64,000 bases of DNA from a virus, in the IMG/VR virus record IMGVR_UViG_3300035698_031678, positions 1 to 64,000 of that record; one strand, written 5' to 3'. A model generated the notes under the pieces. The model saw only the letters and a list, made by a program, of their open reading frames with translations. It had not been told where the DNA came from and ran no database searches. A program made the translations under genes and the position numbers. Positions 9,217 to 19,289 of this stretch are shown one piece after another (positions within the stretch are counted from its first letter, which is position 1; each line of letters starts with the position of its first letter).

Positions 9217-12135
9217 TTAGAATAATGGTGAAAAACTTATAAGGTTGCTGTCTAGCTTCTCTACCTTTAGTGCGAAAAAGACTAAATTCAAAGGATCTAG
9301 AATCATCTTAGAAAATTGAGCTTCCCAATCAATCTCTGGGGCTATTTCCATTGGATAATCTCCAACATTAAAACCAAAGTACTTAAGGTTTTTATCTTTT
9401 GTTAGAAAGTACTGTATCTTAGTACCATCCTTTATGTCTGGGTATTGGGTTAAGAACATCTTGTTAGAAGGCATATTCCTCATGTGATTGTATGATGCTG
9501 CTGCTCTAACATTTGCTGGAGTACCTGACAAAAGACTTATTTCTGGATAGTGAGAAATACAATAGGCGTGATACTTATTTAATCTTTCAGCAATACTAAC
9601 GTTTTCGACACCAGCTACTTCAAACCCTTCTCTTATATTTCTTACTATTTTTACTATATTAGTGTAGCTCAAGCCTTCTCCCTCGTACATTATAGCAGTA
9701 ATTATAGTCCTCAAGCTCTCTCTAATGTATTTGGGATAACTACTTTTGTTTACTGGAAGCCCTTTAACCTGTATATTGCTTTCTGGCAGCATTGCAGTAC
9801 CATCATCCCAAATTGGATTCTTTATATAGTGTTTTTTGCCAGTCCATAACATGTTTTTGTTAATTTGTTCTAATCCTAAGGAATAGCTTTGACTACCATC
9901 TTGCATATTTGGATTAGCATTATGTTTAACACAATAATCAAAAAAAGTTCTCTTAAAGAAAGGTTGAAAGCAAAATTCATCCATAAATAAGAAAAATAAA
10001 ACCTTATGGTAGACTTTTTTATCACCTTGATACAAGTCTAAGTTGATCCTTTGTGCAGCAACACATTCTAGAGAAAGTTTTTCCAGATCAACTTTTCCAG
10101 ATTCTATTAATTCATCCCAATCTATAGAGGAATATATTGTACCCAAAGAAGTCATTATAGAATCGGTATCAGCATATTTAACTACTGGATTTTTACTGTC
10201 GAACGTTTTTGGAATATTTATGCTATTTGCTATACCCATTTTTTCATGTAAATCGGTGTCTGTCCAAAATGAAAAAGAAGAATCTTCTTCGGGTTTACCA
10301 AAGTAATCATTAACTTTACTAATAGCATGTTTAATAACCATTCTACTTTGAGTTGTAACACTTTCAGCAACCTCTTTGTTGTACAATATAAATCTAGCGT
10401 AACCAACAACACCGTACATCGAGTTCATAATAATCTTTAGGGCATCACTAAGGTTTTTAGCGCTTATCTTAGACCTGTTTAACATTCTGAGAACAGTTTC
10501 AATGTCAGAGTTTTCTGGCACTTCTATATTCCATTCTTCGAGTCTATCCTCATAGCCTTTAATAGAGTTATTTTGTTTCAGTGCTTCGTAGACAGCACCC
10601 ATATCAGCAGCGTTCCTCTTTTCTTTTACTCTACCGTTAAATAGAGACCATATAAGGTCATTTAAACTACTGTTTTGATTCTTGTCATATATAGTACCGT
10701 TAGCGGTTATAGACATATCATCTGTTATAGGGCTTTCTTCGTTAAAATCATTATAATAAACAAGTTCTTCAGACCTGTCAAGTTCATTTATCTCATTATG
10801 GATTCTACCTTTTGGTGTAGTATAAGTGTTTATTTTACTAGGATGCAATCTTCCTAATTTAGAATCAACTCCCATGTTAAAAGCCATCATGCCAGCTGGA
10901 AAGAAAGAAGTAAAATCGTGTATTAGAACGTCATTGTGTAATCCAGTTACAGGCGCTAATACAAAACCACCAGAATAAGTGCCAGTTGGATCGTCACCAT
11001 ATTCTGGTACTAGCATCTGATTTCTTTCTTTTTTATAGTAATCCGAAAACAAGGTGTTAGCCACTGCACTAGCGTGGAAACCATCAAAATGATCAACTTT
11101 ACCAACTGTACTTATAGCATGCAATGTAGAGTAAGTGTCTAACTCTTGATCTATTAGCTGAACAATTACAGGATCAATAATGGCGTACAGTAAGAAATCT
11201 TTAGGGTCAGATATGTAGAGTTCTGCTAGTGAACCTTGGAAAGGAACTTTTTTAATTCCGACAACTAATTCACCTATATTATCTAAGGAAACATTTGTTT
11301 TTAACTTTACAGATCTATCAAATTCTTCAAATACCTTCATGTAGTCCATGATAGGTTTGTGCATTGGTAACTCTATATTGTGTTTAACATCTCTTTGGTG
11401 CTTGTCAGATAGAGACCAATTAAATGTGTTACCAGTTGGACTCATTCTAGAGTACTCAACACCTAACCTCTTGCATCTATTAGAAATGTATCGACAATCA
11501 AACTTTAGGTAATTCCAACCAAGTATTAAGTGAAATTTCTTAGACCAATTGTATATGTAGTCTTCTAGTAAAGATTTTTCAGACTCATAATAGAGGTAAT
11601 GTAGTTTGTATTTTTTCTTTAAGTGAGTCTTTTTAATGTCGTTTAAGTAAACGTTAGCTCTACGCTCTAGGGTTTGTATTTCTAGCTCGTTTAAAGAAAT
11701 TAGACCTTGAAGCCAAACGTTACCCTCTTCGTCACACCAACAATTGGTAACTATTGGGTGCTTAGCTTCTTCCTCTTCTGGAAATTCGTCTGGAGAATAT
11801 ACCTCTATATCGGCAAAGGTTTTCTTAGGTGGTGTAGTAGAAAATATCTTATCTAATGTTCTTTTTGGTAGATCATTTAAAATCTCGATCTTTCTAAACT
11901 TATTAAGCCTTCTAGCTGGAATTCTTTTAATCGTTTTCCCTTTGTGAGACTTAAATTTTCTGTCTTTCTTTAGGTCAGATGGGTCGCAATGAATGTAATT
12001 GTAAAGTTGGTCTCTCCTTAGAGGCAACTTTATCATCTTTAATTCTCCAAAGTCTTTGTCCCAATATGAAATGAATAATGCTTGATCAGAATATCCGCTA
12101 GTAGCTTTAACCGTTAATTGTTCTAAGTTAACCAT
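9217..12135 (-). CDS. polB: Family-B DNA polymerase with 3'-5' exonuclease (T4 gp43-like)
   Basis: ExoI DIEV, ExoII GWNYLKFD, ExoIII YAIID; motif A DFTSFFP, motif B KIIMNSMYG, motif C YADTDS; KKHY. Confidence 0.95.
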   Translation of the reverse strand: MVNLEQLTVKATSGYSDQALFISYWDKDFGELKMIKLPLRRDQLYNYIHCDPSDLKKDRKFKSHKGKTIKRIPARRLNKFRKIEILNDLPKRTLDKIFSTTPPKKTFADIEVYSPDEFPEEEEAKHPIVTNCWCDEEGNVWLQGLISLNELEIQTLERRANVYLNDIKKTHLKKKYKLHYLYYESEKSLLEDYIYNWSKKFHLILGWNYLKFDCRYISNRCKRLGVEYSRMSPTGNTFNWSLSDKHQRDVKHNIELPMHKPIMDYMKVFEEFDRSVKLKTNVSLDNIGELVVGIKKVPFQGSLAELYISDPKDFLLYAIIDPVIVQLIDQELDTYSTLHAISTVGKVDHFDGFHASAVANTLFSDYYKKERNQMLVPEYGDDPTGTYSGGFVLAPVTGLHNDVLIHDFTSFFPAGMMAFNMGVDSKLGRLHPSKINTYTTPKGRIHNEINELDRSEELVYYNDFNEESPITDDMSITANGTIYDKNQNSSLNDLIWSLFNGRVKEKRNAADMGAVYEALKQNNSIKGYEDRLEEWNIEVPENSDIETVLRMLNRSKISAKNLSDALKIIMNSMYGVVGYARFILYNKEVAESVTTQSRMVIKHAISKVNDYFGKPEEDSSFSFWTDTDLHEKMGIANSINIPKTFDSKNPVVKYADTDSIMTSLGTIYSSIDWDELIESGKVDLEKLSLECVAAQRINLDLYQGDKKVYHKVLFFLFMDEFCFQPFFKRTFFDYCVKHNANPNMQDGSQSYSLGLEQINKNMLWTGKKHYIKNPIWDDGTAMLPESNIQVKGLPVNKSSYPKYIRESLRTIITAIMYEGEGLSYTNIVKIVRNIREGFEVAGVENVSIAERLNKYHAYCISHYPEISLLSGTPANVRAAASYNHMRNMPSNKMFLTQYPDIKDGTKIQYFLTKDKNLKYFGFNVGDYPMEIAPEIDWEAQFSKMILDPLNLVFFALKVEKLDSNLISFSPLF

Positions 12136-12159
12136 TTATATTTATAATTGTTTGTTTAA

Positions 12160-12405
12160 CTAATGTGTCTTAATAAGTTGGTTTCTTTTTAGCAGATTTA
12201 TAAAACCATCCAACGCTTCTTCAAAATCGTCTGCTTGAAATCCAAAAGAAGACTTTTCGTTTATTTCTATCTGCTCGTTATCTTCGTGACCAATAAGCGC
12301 AAAAAGAACCATATTATCTGTGTATTCCGTAATAGTCCTACAGAGTTTACCTCTGTAGACGAATTCTTCTCTTAGTAATCCAATTTTTTGTTCTAGTGTC
12401 ATCAT
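12160..12405 (-). CDS. Hypothetical protein
   Basis: 81-aa ORF overlapping the groEL stop. Confidence 0.55.
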   Translation of the reverse strand: MMTLEQKIGLLREEFVYRGKLCRTITEYTDNMVLFALIGHEDNEQIEINEKSSFGFQADDFEEALDGFINLLKRNQLIKTH

Positions 12406-14033
12406 AATATGCTATCTGGTATATTAACTAATCCGCAACCAATGTTAGAAAGTAATGTTAAAGTCGCAGCAGAGTTTTTAAAACAAGCTGAAGGAGATTT
12501 AGCACTTTCTAAAATACCTAAAGTGAAGGCATTACCCATTTTATGGGTCAATGTGCAATAAACAACATCTTTACCGCTGCTCTGCATTTTTAGCATTATT
12601 TCTTTAGACTCAGTTTTAGAGTAATTAGAATTTTTAAGATTTTGCATAGTTACTGCAACTAAAGAATCTAAAACAACTGAATATCCAGACCACTGTATTT
12701 CAGTTATAGTTTTATCATTCTCATGGTTGTAGATGAAGTTTTCCATAGCATCCAAGTAAATTTTACCTACTCCAGGCACTATACCATGTTTTAGTGCACT
12801 TCTACATGCTCTAAGCGCATCATCAACTCTATCGTAATCTAACCCCATCTTGTACTGACTAGTGCTATCAAAGTGTATTATAGCTATATTACCTTTTATT
12901 CTAGCTATTCTAAAATTTGTAAACTCTTTAGCAACTTCGCTGTCGGTAGATTCAGAAAGATCAACTAACTTAGCAACATGAGCATCATATGCTTCACCTT
13001 TAGAATCTTCGTCAAAATTAAATACTGTTTCCTCAATGTTTGTTAGTACGTCTTTACAAATTCCAAACAACTCTAAGGAGTCTTTGTCAGAATCTAAAAC
13101 GAATTCTTCTAACATCATATCCTTGCTGTGGTCTAAAAAGGTGCTTCCAGTAATAACAGATAAGTCCTCTAGTATAGAATCTCTTCTATCGTCATTGTTT
13201 GGAGCAATCAATGGCAAACAAGGTATGTCTGAATAGTTTTTCTTTATTGTAGTCATAGCAACTTCTGAAAAAGAGTTAGCTATTACTATTACTGATTTTT
13301 TAGCAATGTGAGCTACTTGCAATATTTCAGCCATAACTTCTACAGAATCTAAGTGCTGGTTGGTTATGAATATCAATGGTTCCTTAGCAATAAAGGAATG
13401 CCCATGATTCATGAAGCTGTGGTGCATAAGACCTGAATCTAAGATGTAACCACTAGAAATATCAGTGTAAGATTCTTTAACCTCTTTGTAGTTGATTCTC
13501 ACAACGCCAGATTCACCAATTTTATGGTAAGTCTCTCCTATAAGTTTACCGAGCTTGGGATCATTGTTAGCACTGATGGTCGCAACAGAAATTAACTCTT
13601 CCCTAGTCAGTTCGGTCTTATTATCAGCTATTTCATCTAAGTAATCCTGAACGTATGATATAGCGTAATTTATAGAATCCAAGAGTTCTCTATTGTTGTG
13701 CTCACCATTAAAATTGGGCAAAGCATAGAAGTTCTTGGCTAAAAAATAAGCCATTACTACAGTAGAAGTAGTACCATCACCTATTTGTTTTAACGTTTGG
13801 AAACTACCTTCTATAACAAGCTTAGCAGACATATCTTCTAAAAAATTTTCTAGAGAAATCTCTTTAGCTATTGATACTCCATCCTTTGTTATTCTTGGTC
13901 TACCATTTGCGTCTGGCATGATTACGTACTTACCGTTACTACCTAAAGTAACTGCAACGGCATCATAAACTTTTGTTACACCAGAGAGCATAGAGTCTCT
14001 TAGAATTTGACCTTTAATTATTTCTTTATCCAT
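12402..14033 (-). CDS. groEL: Phage chaperonin GroEL
   Basis: AVAVTLG, ITKDGVSIAKEI, GDGTTS, VATISANND, RVDDALRA, GIVPG; no GGM tail. Confidence 0.95.
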   Translation of the reverse strand: MDKEIIKGQILRDSMLSGVTKVYDAVAVTLGSNGKYVIMPDANGRPRITKDGVSIAKEISLENFLEDMSAKLVIEGSFQTLKQIGDGTTSTVVMAYFLAKNFYALPNFNGEHNNRELLDSINYAISYVQDYLDEIADNKTELTREELISVATISANNDPKLGKLIGETYHKIGESGVVRINYKEVKESYTDISSGYILDSGLMHHSFMNHGHSFIAKEPLIFITNQHLDSVEVMAEILQVAHIAKKSVIVIANSFSEVAMTTIKKNYSDIPCLPLIAPNNDDRRDSILEDLSVITGSTFLDHSKDMMLEEFVLDSDKDSLELFGICKDVLTNIEETVFNFDEDSKGEAYDAHVAKLVDLSESTDSEVAKEFTNFRIARIKGNIAIIHFDSTSQYKMGLDYDRVDDALRACRSALKHGIVPGVGKIYLDAMENFIYNHENDKTITEIQWSGYSVVLDSLVAVTMQNLKNSNYSKTESKEIMLKMQSSGKDVVYCTLTHKMGNAFTLGILESAKSPSACFKNSAATLTLLSNIGCGLVNIPDSIL

Positions 14034-14034
14034 A

Positions 14035-14565
14035 TTATATAAGTACTAGAACGTCTTCTTCTTGTAAGACTAAGAGTTCCTGATTATTAAATTTTACTTT
14101 AAATCCAGCAAATTTGCTGTATATTATTGTTTTTCCTTCTAACAACTTAGGGTGAGATGTGGGTGATCTATAAGTAATTGTACCTTTAGTATCTACATCT
14201 TTAGCATCAGTAGCTATTTTTACTACACCTCTAAATTTGTCTTCAACCTTTTCTGGGACAACTACTATATAATTGTTCAGTGTTATGATTGATCCTTGAT
14301 CTGTAAGTATGAAATAAATTTCTGTAGTCTCTAAGACTCTATATTCTTCACCATCATTACTGACTTCAACCCCAGCAAATTCTGGATAACAAACGTCCAT
14401 GCCCACACTAAGAACCGATACTTCATCAGAGCAAACCAAAATAGTGCCAACAGTTCTTTTCTTTATTACCTCTGTGGGTAAGAATATGTCTTTTATTCTG
14501 TCTTCTTTGGGTTTGGTCTTCACCAGAACTTTATTTCCTATAAGTGATAATTCTTTAATCAACAT
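14035..14565 (-). CDS. groES: Tandem two-domain GroES co-chaperonin
   Basis: Two GroES-like halves: LIGNKVLVK...VGMDVCYPEFAGVEV...YRVLETTEI and LNNYIVV...EGKTIIYSKFAGFKV...LLVLQEEDVL; adjacent to groEL. Confidence 0.85.
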   Translation of the reverse strand: MLIKELSLIGNKVLVKTKPKEDRIKDIFLPTEVIKKRTVGTILVCSDEVSVLSVGMDVCYPEFAGVEVSNDGEEYRVLETTEIYFILTDQGSIITLNNYIVVVPEKVEDKFRGVVKIATDAKDVDTKGTITYRSPTSHPKLLEGKTIIYSKFAGFKVKFNNQELLVLQEEDVLVLI

Positions 14566-15343
14566 CTGTAAGTGAGCTAACGTTAGTAAAATTGTCTTGA
14601 TTTACAAGGTACGCCATTTTCATACCGTTTTCATTTTCAGAGAAGTGTAGTTCAAACTCTGAATATGACTTGTAACCTCTAAAAACGTCAAGGGATAATG
14701 TCAATTTACCCTCTAAGTCACAGAATTTTAAACCTTGTTCTTCTGTGAATATGAAGTCTAGTGTTTTGGCGTGATTCTTGTGTCTGAATACTAGATTACC
14801 ATCATCATTCTTGAATATGGTCATAACATCCATTCTTTCGGTGTCACTTTTAGAAATCTTATGTAAACTAATTATTTCTAAAATCTTATTGCTGGTAATA
14901 TCTATTCTTGCGGTTACGCCTTTAGGTTCAGAGAAGTTCTTACTCCAAACTTCATCTGGTAAGTAATTGGCAAGTTCAAATGTTCCAGCAACAAAGTCAT
15001 AGTTTATGTAATCGTTAGATATTGTAAATTTCTTACAGATATCTTCTTCACAAGTTAGAGTTAATTTTAGGGTGGAACTACCTCTCATCCATCCAGTAAC
15101 TTTTTGCAGTAAAGAATAGTTTTGCAAAAAGAACTTAAAATGGCTCATTTTACCTTTTATTTTAACTTCTTCGTTAAAGGAAAACTTTCTGAATATTATG
15201 TTGGTTTTAGATTGGTTGAAGGCTTTTAGGTGAATGCCTTTTTCATCTATGTCCAGAACTTGATCTAATTCCATAAAACTGTTAGAACAAAAATCATGAA
15301 ATCTTTGAGAATCTAATCCCTCTATGGTTATTTTATTTGCCAT
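14555..15343 (-). CDS. Putative sliding clamp (gp45/PCNA-like)
   Basis: 262 aa; alternating beta/alpha pattern (LDIDEKGIHLKAF..SKT); located in the replication operon. Confidence 0.55.
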   Translation of the reverse strand: MANKITIEGLDSQRFHDFCSNSFMELDQVLDIDEKGIHLKAFNQSKTNIIFRKFSFNEEVKIKGKMSHFKFFLQNYSLLQKVTGWMRGSSTLKLTLTCEEDICKKFTISNDYINYDFVAGTFELANYLPDEVWSKNFSEPKGVTARIDITSNKILEIISLHKISKSDTERMDVMTIFKNDDGNLVFRHKNHAKTLDFIFTEEQGLKFCDLEGKLTLSLDVFRGYKSYSEFELHFSENENGMKMAYLVNQDNFTNVSSLTDVD

Positions 15344-15917
15344 GGTTGATGGTTATTTTGATGTTAGAACTTCTACCACCAGGGTAACGGTTTTCCAGTT
15401 TGCCTTTATTCATAGACATTATTTTGGATAGGTCGTAGTTGAAATGCTTAAACATTCCGAAGAAAGACTTGGTGGTTAAGCGATGATATTTGTCAAAGGC
15501 TTCTAGGTCAAATTCTCTGTCAAGGAAGAAAACCTTTTTGTGTAGTCCTAGTAAAGAAAGTTGATCGCAAACCAGGATTTGAGGCTCGAAATAGGAATCG
15601 GTCTTAACATTTATAGACATCAATTCATTGTAGTAAGAGTCAGGGTTTTCAGTAGAATTGGTGGCATGAAACCAAGCTGTCCAATACCATAAATAATCAC
15701 CTAATTCTAGTTGGAAATCTACGTTGTCTCTTAGTATAGCCATGGTAGAAGCCTTTCCATGATGCTTTAGTATTTCTCCAGCTTCTTCAGCCATACCAAT
15801 TTGATAATTTAATTGGTCTATTTGATTAAAATCCGCTGCAGTATTGAGCATTTCTCTCTTCACCCAGTTACCATAATCAGCTATCTTTTTTATTTCTTTT
15901 GGAGTACTTTGTATCAT
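15333..15917 (-). CDS. MazG-like all-alpha NTP pyrophosphohydrolase with a degenerate second repeat
   Basis: GMAEEAGE...LELGDYLWY and C-terminal IMSMNKGKLENRYP. Confidence 0.8.
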   Translation of the reverse strand: MIQSTPKEIKKIADYGNWVKREMLNTAADFNQIDQLNYQIGMAEEAGEILKHHGKASTMAILRDNVDFQLELGDYLWYWTAWFHATNSTENPDSYYNELMSINVKTDSYFEPQILVCDQLSLLGLHKKVFFLDREFDLEAFDKYHRLTTKSFFGMFKHFNYDLSKIMSMNKGKLENRYPGGRSSNIKITINHGK

Positions 15918-16360
15918 CTCTTTTTCGGGTTTTTTCTTCTAGAGAAATCTAATGATTTCCTATAGGTTTCTATTTCAAAAACCAATTCTTTAGGGTAATA
16001 TCTTACAAGTTCGTTTAACTCGTTTTCGGAAGTGTTTGTAATCTTCATATAACCATTAAGAATTTCTTTTTTGAACTTGCTTATTGGTGTTTTTTCCTTG
16101 GCTGGTGGTGCGGTTGGTATGTAAAAGAATTGAGGCTTTCTACCATGCCTTTTCATTAAAAACTTTTGCCACCAATCACACAATACAATTTTGTGTTCTT
16201 TAGGTATTCCTTCTACGTTCCCAACTCTGTTTACTTCTCCAGGGTACTGATTAGATAAAAATCTGTTTAGGCTGAAAAAATATTTCTTTTTTATAGAATC
16301 GGGCAATTTTTTATATTCTGCTGGTTTGAACAGCATGTCTGTAAAGTCTAATAAATCCAT
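15914..16360 (-). CDS. Putative clamp-loader small subunit (T4 gp62-like)
   Basis: YFFSLNRFLS resembles gp62 Y.PF.INR.LS; size and C-terminal helices fit. Confidence 0.5.
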   Translation of the reverse strand: MDLLDFTDMLFKPAEYKKLPDSIKKKYFFSLNRFLSNQYPGEVNRVGNVEGIPKEHKIVLCDWWQKFLMKRHGRKPQFFYIPTAPPAKEKTPISKFKKEILNGYMKITNTSENELNELVRYYPKELVFEIETYRKSLDFSRRKNPKKR

Positions 16361-16372
16361 AAATTATAAATG

Positions 16373-17482
16373 TTAAAATTCCTGTATGTTTTCTTTTTCT
16401 TCAGAACTATGATAAAGATTTTTAATGTCAAGATTGAAGCTGTTTCTTATGCCACCTAAGCCTAAGGCAATAGCTTCAGAGTTTCTTTCTCTTACTACGT
16501 TTAAATCCATAAGAGTGATATTCCTAGAAACTAATAATGAAAGTTCTTCGTCTCTAGTTGGATCATAGTCTCTACCAGTTTCTAATGCTAACAAGGAAAA
16601 AATTGAAGGTAATTTTTTCTTTTCGTAAAGATCAGATAGCTCGAAATCTATGCCTTTTTCAGCCATATTTTCGAATCTTTTCTTAGTGAAGCCAAATTCT
16701 TTTGAGCCATTTTTGGTTTTGTACTTGTAACAGCTATCTATATTATCGGAACTGTCTCCAATCAATATTTTTTTCATTAATTCTAGGTCAGGGTCTACCT
16801 TTATGTAGTTGATTAAGAATTTTTTAAAAGACTCGTAGTTGTTTTCTGTTGGTTCAGGCTTGAAAAACTCCTCAAACATGTCCACGTCTAAAATTGGTTC
16901 ATCAACTAAAGCACTCTCTAGTAGTAATGTTGAGTTATTGTTTATGTAAACCTTTGAGTTTATTGGATCGTATAAAAATACATTCTCCTTTACTTCTTGC
17001 TTAAAATCACCATCACTACTGATTATTCCAAATGCATTCTTTTTGCTACTTCTACTTCTTAATTCAGCTATTACATCATCGGCTTCAAAACCGTTTATAA
17101 CTAATGCACCTAATCCTGACTCTTTAAGGTCTTCGTAATACTTTTGAAGACAGTAAATCATACCATCTTTATCGAAACATCTAGTAGCAGTTCTAGTACT
17201 TGTCTTTTTATATTCAGGAAATATGTTGAATCTTTCACTTTTGTCAACAAATGTATCAAAAGCAAAAACAAAACTTTCTACGTCTAAGTTTTTAGTTAAT
17301 TCTAAGATAGAAACCATCTTGTTGTGTATAGAGTGTATCAAAAAGTTTTTTTCTGAATCATTTTCTAAGTAAAGCCTATCTTGTTTCATTACTTCAGGTA
17401 TTTTCTTACCTTTATATCCAGTTATGGAAGTTAAAACTTGATAAGCAATATTGCTAACATCTACTACTAGGTTGGTTTTCAT
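16373..17482 (-). CDS. rnh: 5'-3' exonuclease / flap endonuclease (T4 RNase H-like)
   Basis: LVVDVSN, FAFD, PEYK, FEADDVIA, SSDGDF, IGDSSDNI. Confidence 0.9.
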   Translation of the reverse strand: MKTNLVVDVSNIAYQVLTSITGYKGKKIPEVMKQDRLYLENDSEKNFLIHSIHNKMVSILELTKNLDVESFVFAFDTFVDKSERFNIFPEYKKTSTRTATRCFDKDGMIYCLQKYYEDLKESGLGALVINGFEADDVIAELRSRSSKKNAFGIISSDGDFKQEVKENVFLYDPINSKVYINNNSTLLLESALVDEPILDVDMFEEFFKPEPTENNYESFKKFLINYIKVDPDLELMKKILIGDSSDNIDSCYKYKTKNGSKEFGFTKKRFENMAEKGIDFELSDLYEKKKLPSIFSLLALETGRDYDPTRDEELSLLVSRNITLMDLNVVRERNSEAIALGLGGIRNSFNLDIKNLYHSSEEKENIQEF

Positions 17483-19053
17483 AATAACGGTTTAAATTTA
17501 TTCTTTCTACCAGAACTTTCAGAGTCTGATACTTTTTGTTTAAGGCTTTGTTCTACAATTTTGAATTGGTGAACTTTGTACATTTTCTTTCTTTCTACGT
17601 ACCAAGAATACATGTAATTATTAACGGTTCTAGTTCCACCATTGGTATCTTCTACTTTTACTCTACCATCGTCTACAACATCGTAAAGAGTAAATTTCTT
17701 CTTACTGGCGTGATTTCTCATAAACCTACCCAATAGTTGTTCTAATATAGTAAAGCTTTTAAAGGATTCCAGGGTTAAACCCCAATGCAAGTTGTGTGCA
17801 GAAATTCCAGTAGATATTGTGTCATAAGTACCTACTAGAACTATGTTGTTTTGTTTTTCAATCATCTTAACATATTCTTGCCTTAGTCTAACTGGAACAT
17901 TTTCATCAACATAAAGGTACTCTATGCCATCGTTAGTTTCTTTACAGTAGTCAATAAACCTTTGGGCATAACCACTAGAAACAGTCTTGAAAAAAACAAC
18001 ACCATTACCACGTTTTTTCGCATTCATTACTGTGAACTTGGATAAAACTTTTAATCTCCAATCGTATTCGAGTATTTTTTCTCTTTCACTTCTTAGACTT
18101 TCTAGCTTAGACACCTTTTCATCGTATCTGCTGTCTACCATAACTATTCTATCCTTTAAAGGAATGTAATTAAGGTTTAAAAAACAAATCACACCATCAG
18201 TAGCTCTTCCTACATCTATTATTTCTCTTTTAGTTACTGTTTTTACTGTATGACCTGTTATAGCCATAATTTGGAAATCCTCTTCGCTTTCGTCTTCTTG
18301 CAAAGAACCTGTACCACCAACAGAAGAGATTATGTTGGTTAAGTTATTGTATATCTTTTTGTAGCTGTATGCGCTAGCTCTATGGCATTCGTCTATGAAA
18401 ATACTATCAAATAAACAATTAAACTCCTCTGTTAGATTTACAAAGTAACTAAAGCTGCTTATAATGATTGGCGCTTTTCTTTTCTTAACACCACTTCTCC
18501 AAAGCCCATAACAAAATGGTGATTCGTTTTTGTGTAGGTCTGCAAACTCTCCTAGTAATTGTTGAGCTAATTGAGGCTTGCTAGTAAGTATTAATATTTG
18601 TTTTTGATAGCCCTTTTCGTATAGAAATTTTGAAGCCAAGTAAAATGTAACAGACTTACCATAAGCAACAGATAAGTTAAACCTGGCAAATTTGTTACAA
18701 ACCATTTCATAAGCGGTAAGATAAGTGTCTTTCATGTCGTACTCATCAAAAGCTGTATCTTTTATTTCATCTTTACACCAATCAACAAAAGTATCTTTGT
18801 CTATGTCTCTGTATATCTCTTCTTCTTGAGGAAATGAACATTCAATGTTTCTTTCTGTGGTAAAATCTTTTAGACTTCTCCACAAACCAATAGGTATGGT
18901 AAAATTAAATCTTAAAAAAGATGTTTTTTTAGAATAGGGTTGAAATTTAGAATTCCTACCTTCTCTTTTAAAATGTTCTCCCACATAGTACTGTTCTTCC
19001 CTATTAGAGAATTCCAGCTGTAGATCTTTGTCTGAAATTTTTGTTACTTTCAA
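17479..19053 (-). CDS. uvsW: SF2 DNA helicase (UvsW-like)
   Basis: AYGKS, IDECH, GGTGS, STGIS, QLLGRFMR, LYDVVDD. Confidence 0.85.
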   Translation of the reverse strand: MKVTKISDKDLQLEFSNREEQYYVGEHFKREGRNSKFQPYSKKTSFLRFNFTIPIGLWRSLKDFTTERNIECSFPQEEEIYRDIDKDTFVDWCKDEIKDTAFDEYDMKDTYLTAYEMVCNKFARFNLSVAYGKSVTFYLASKFLYEKGYQKQILILTSKPQLAQQLLGEFADLHKNESPFCYGLWRSGVKKRKAPIIISSFSYFVNLTEEFNCLFDSIFIDECHRASAYSYKKIYNNLTNIISSVGGTGSLQEDESEEDFQIMAITGHTVKTVTKREIIDVGRATDGVICFLNLNYIPLKDRIVMVDSRYDEKVSKLESLRSEREKILEYDWRLKVLSKFTVMNAKKRGNGVVFFKTVSSGYAQRFIDYCKETNDGIEYLYVDENVPVRLRQEYVKMIEKQNNIVLVGTYDTISTGISAHNLHWGLTLESFKSFTILEQLLGRFMRNHASKKKFTLYDVVDDGRVKVEDTNGGTRTVNNYMYSWYVERKKMYKVHQFKIVEQSLKQKVSDSESSGRKNKFKPLL

Positions 19054-19289
19054 AATAGTGATTTTCTATTCTCGACCTTTGATATGGTCTTAATTTTCAC
19101 ATTAATTGCCGAATCTTGCTTAGGTTTTACCACAGAGTTATCAGCCAAATTATCTTCTAAATCAAAATTGAAAGAAGGAGAAGGAACATCTGGTTTATCA
19201 AACTTAACACTAAAGTCTATTAAGAGTTGACCTTTTGTCTTTATTGTTTTAAAATAATCTGTTTCAGCTTTTTCTGATTTATCACCCAT
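19050..19289 (-). CDS. Hypothetical protein
   Basis: 79-aa ORF overlapping both neighbours. Confidence 0.55.
   Translation of the reverse strand: MGDKSEKAETDYFKTIKTKGQLLIDFSVKFDKPDVPSPSFNFDLEDNLADNSVVKPKQDSAINVKIKTISKVENRKSLF

Noticed and set aside
9217-12135. Inteins or introns in PolB, helicase or terminase
   Set aside because: Motifs are contiguous, sizes are near normal, and no intein termini or homing-endonuclease motifs were seen
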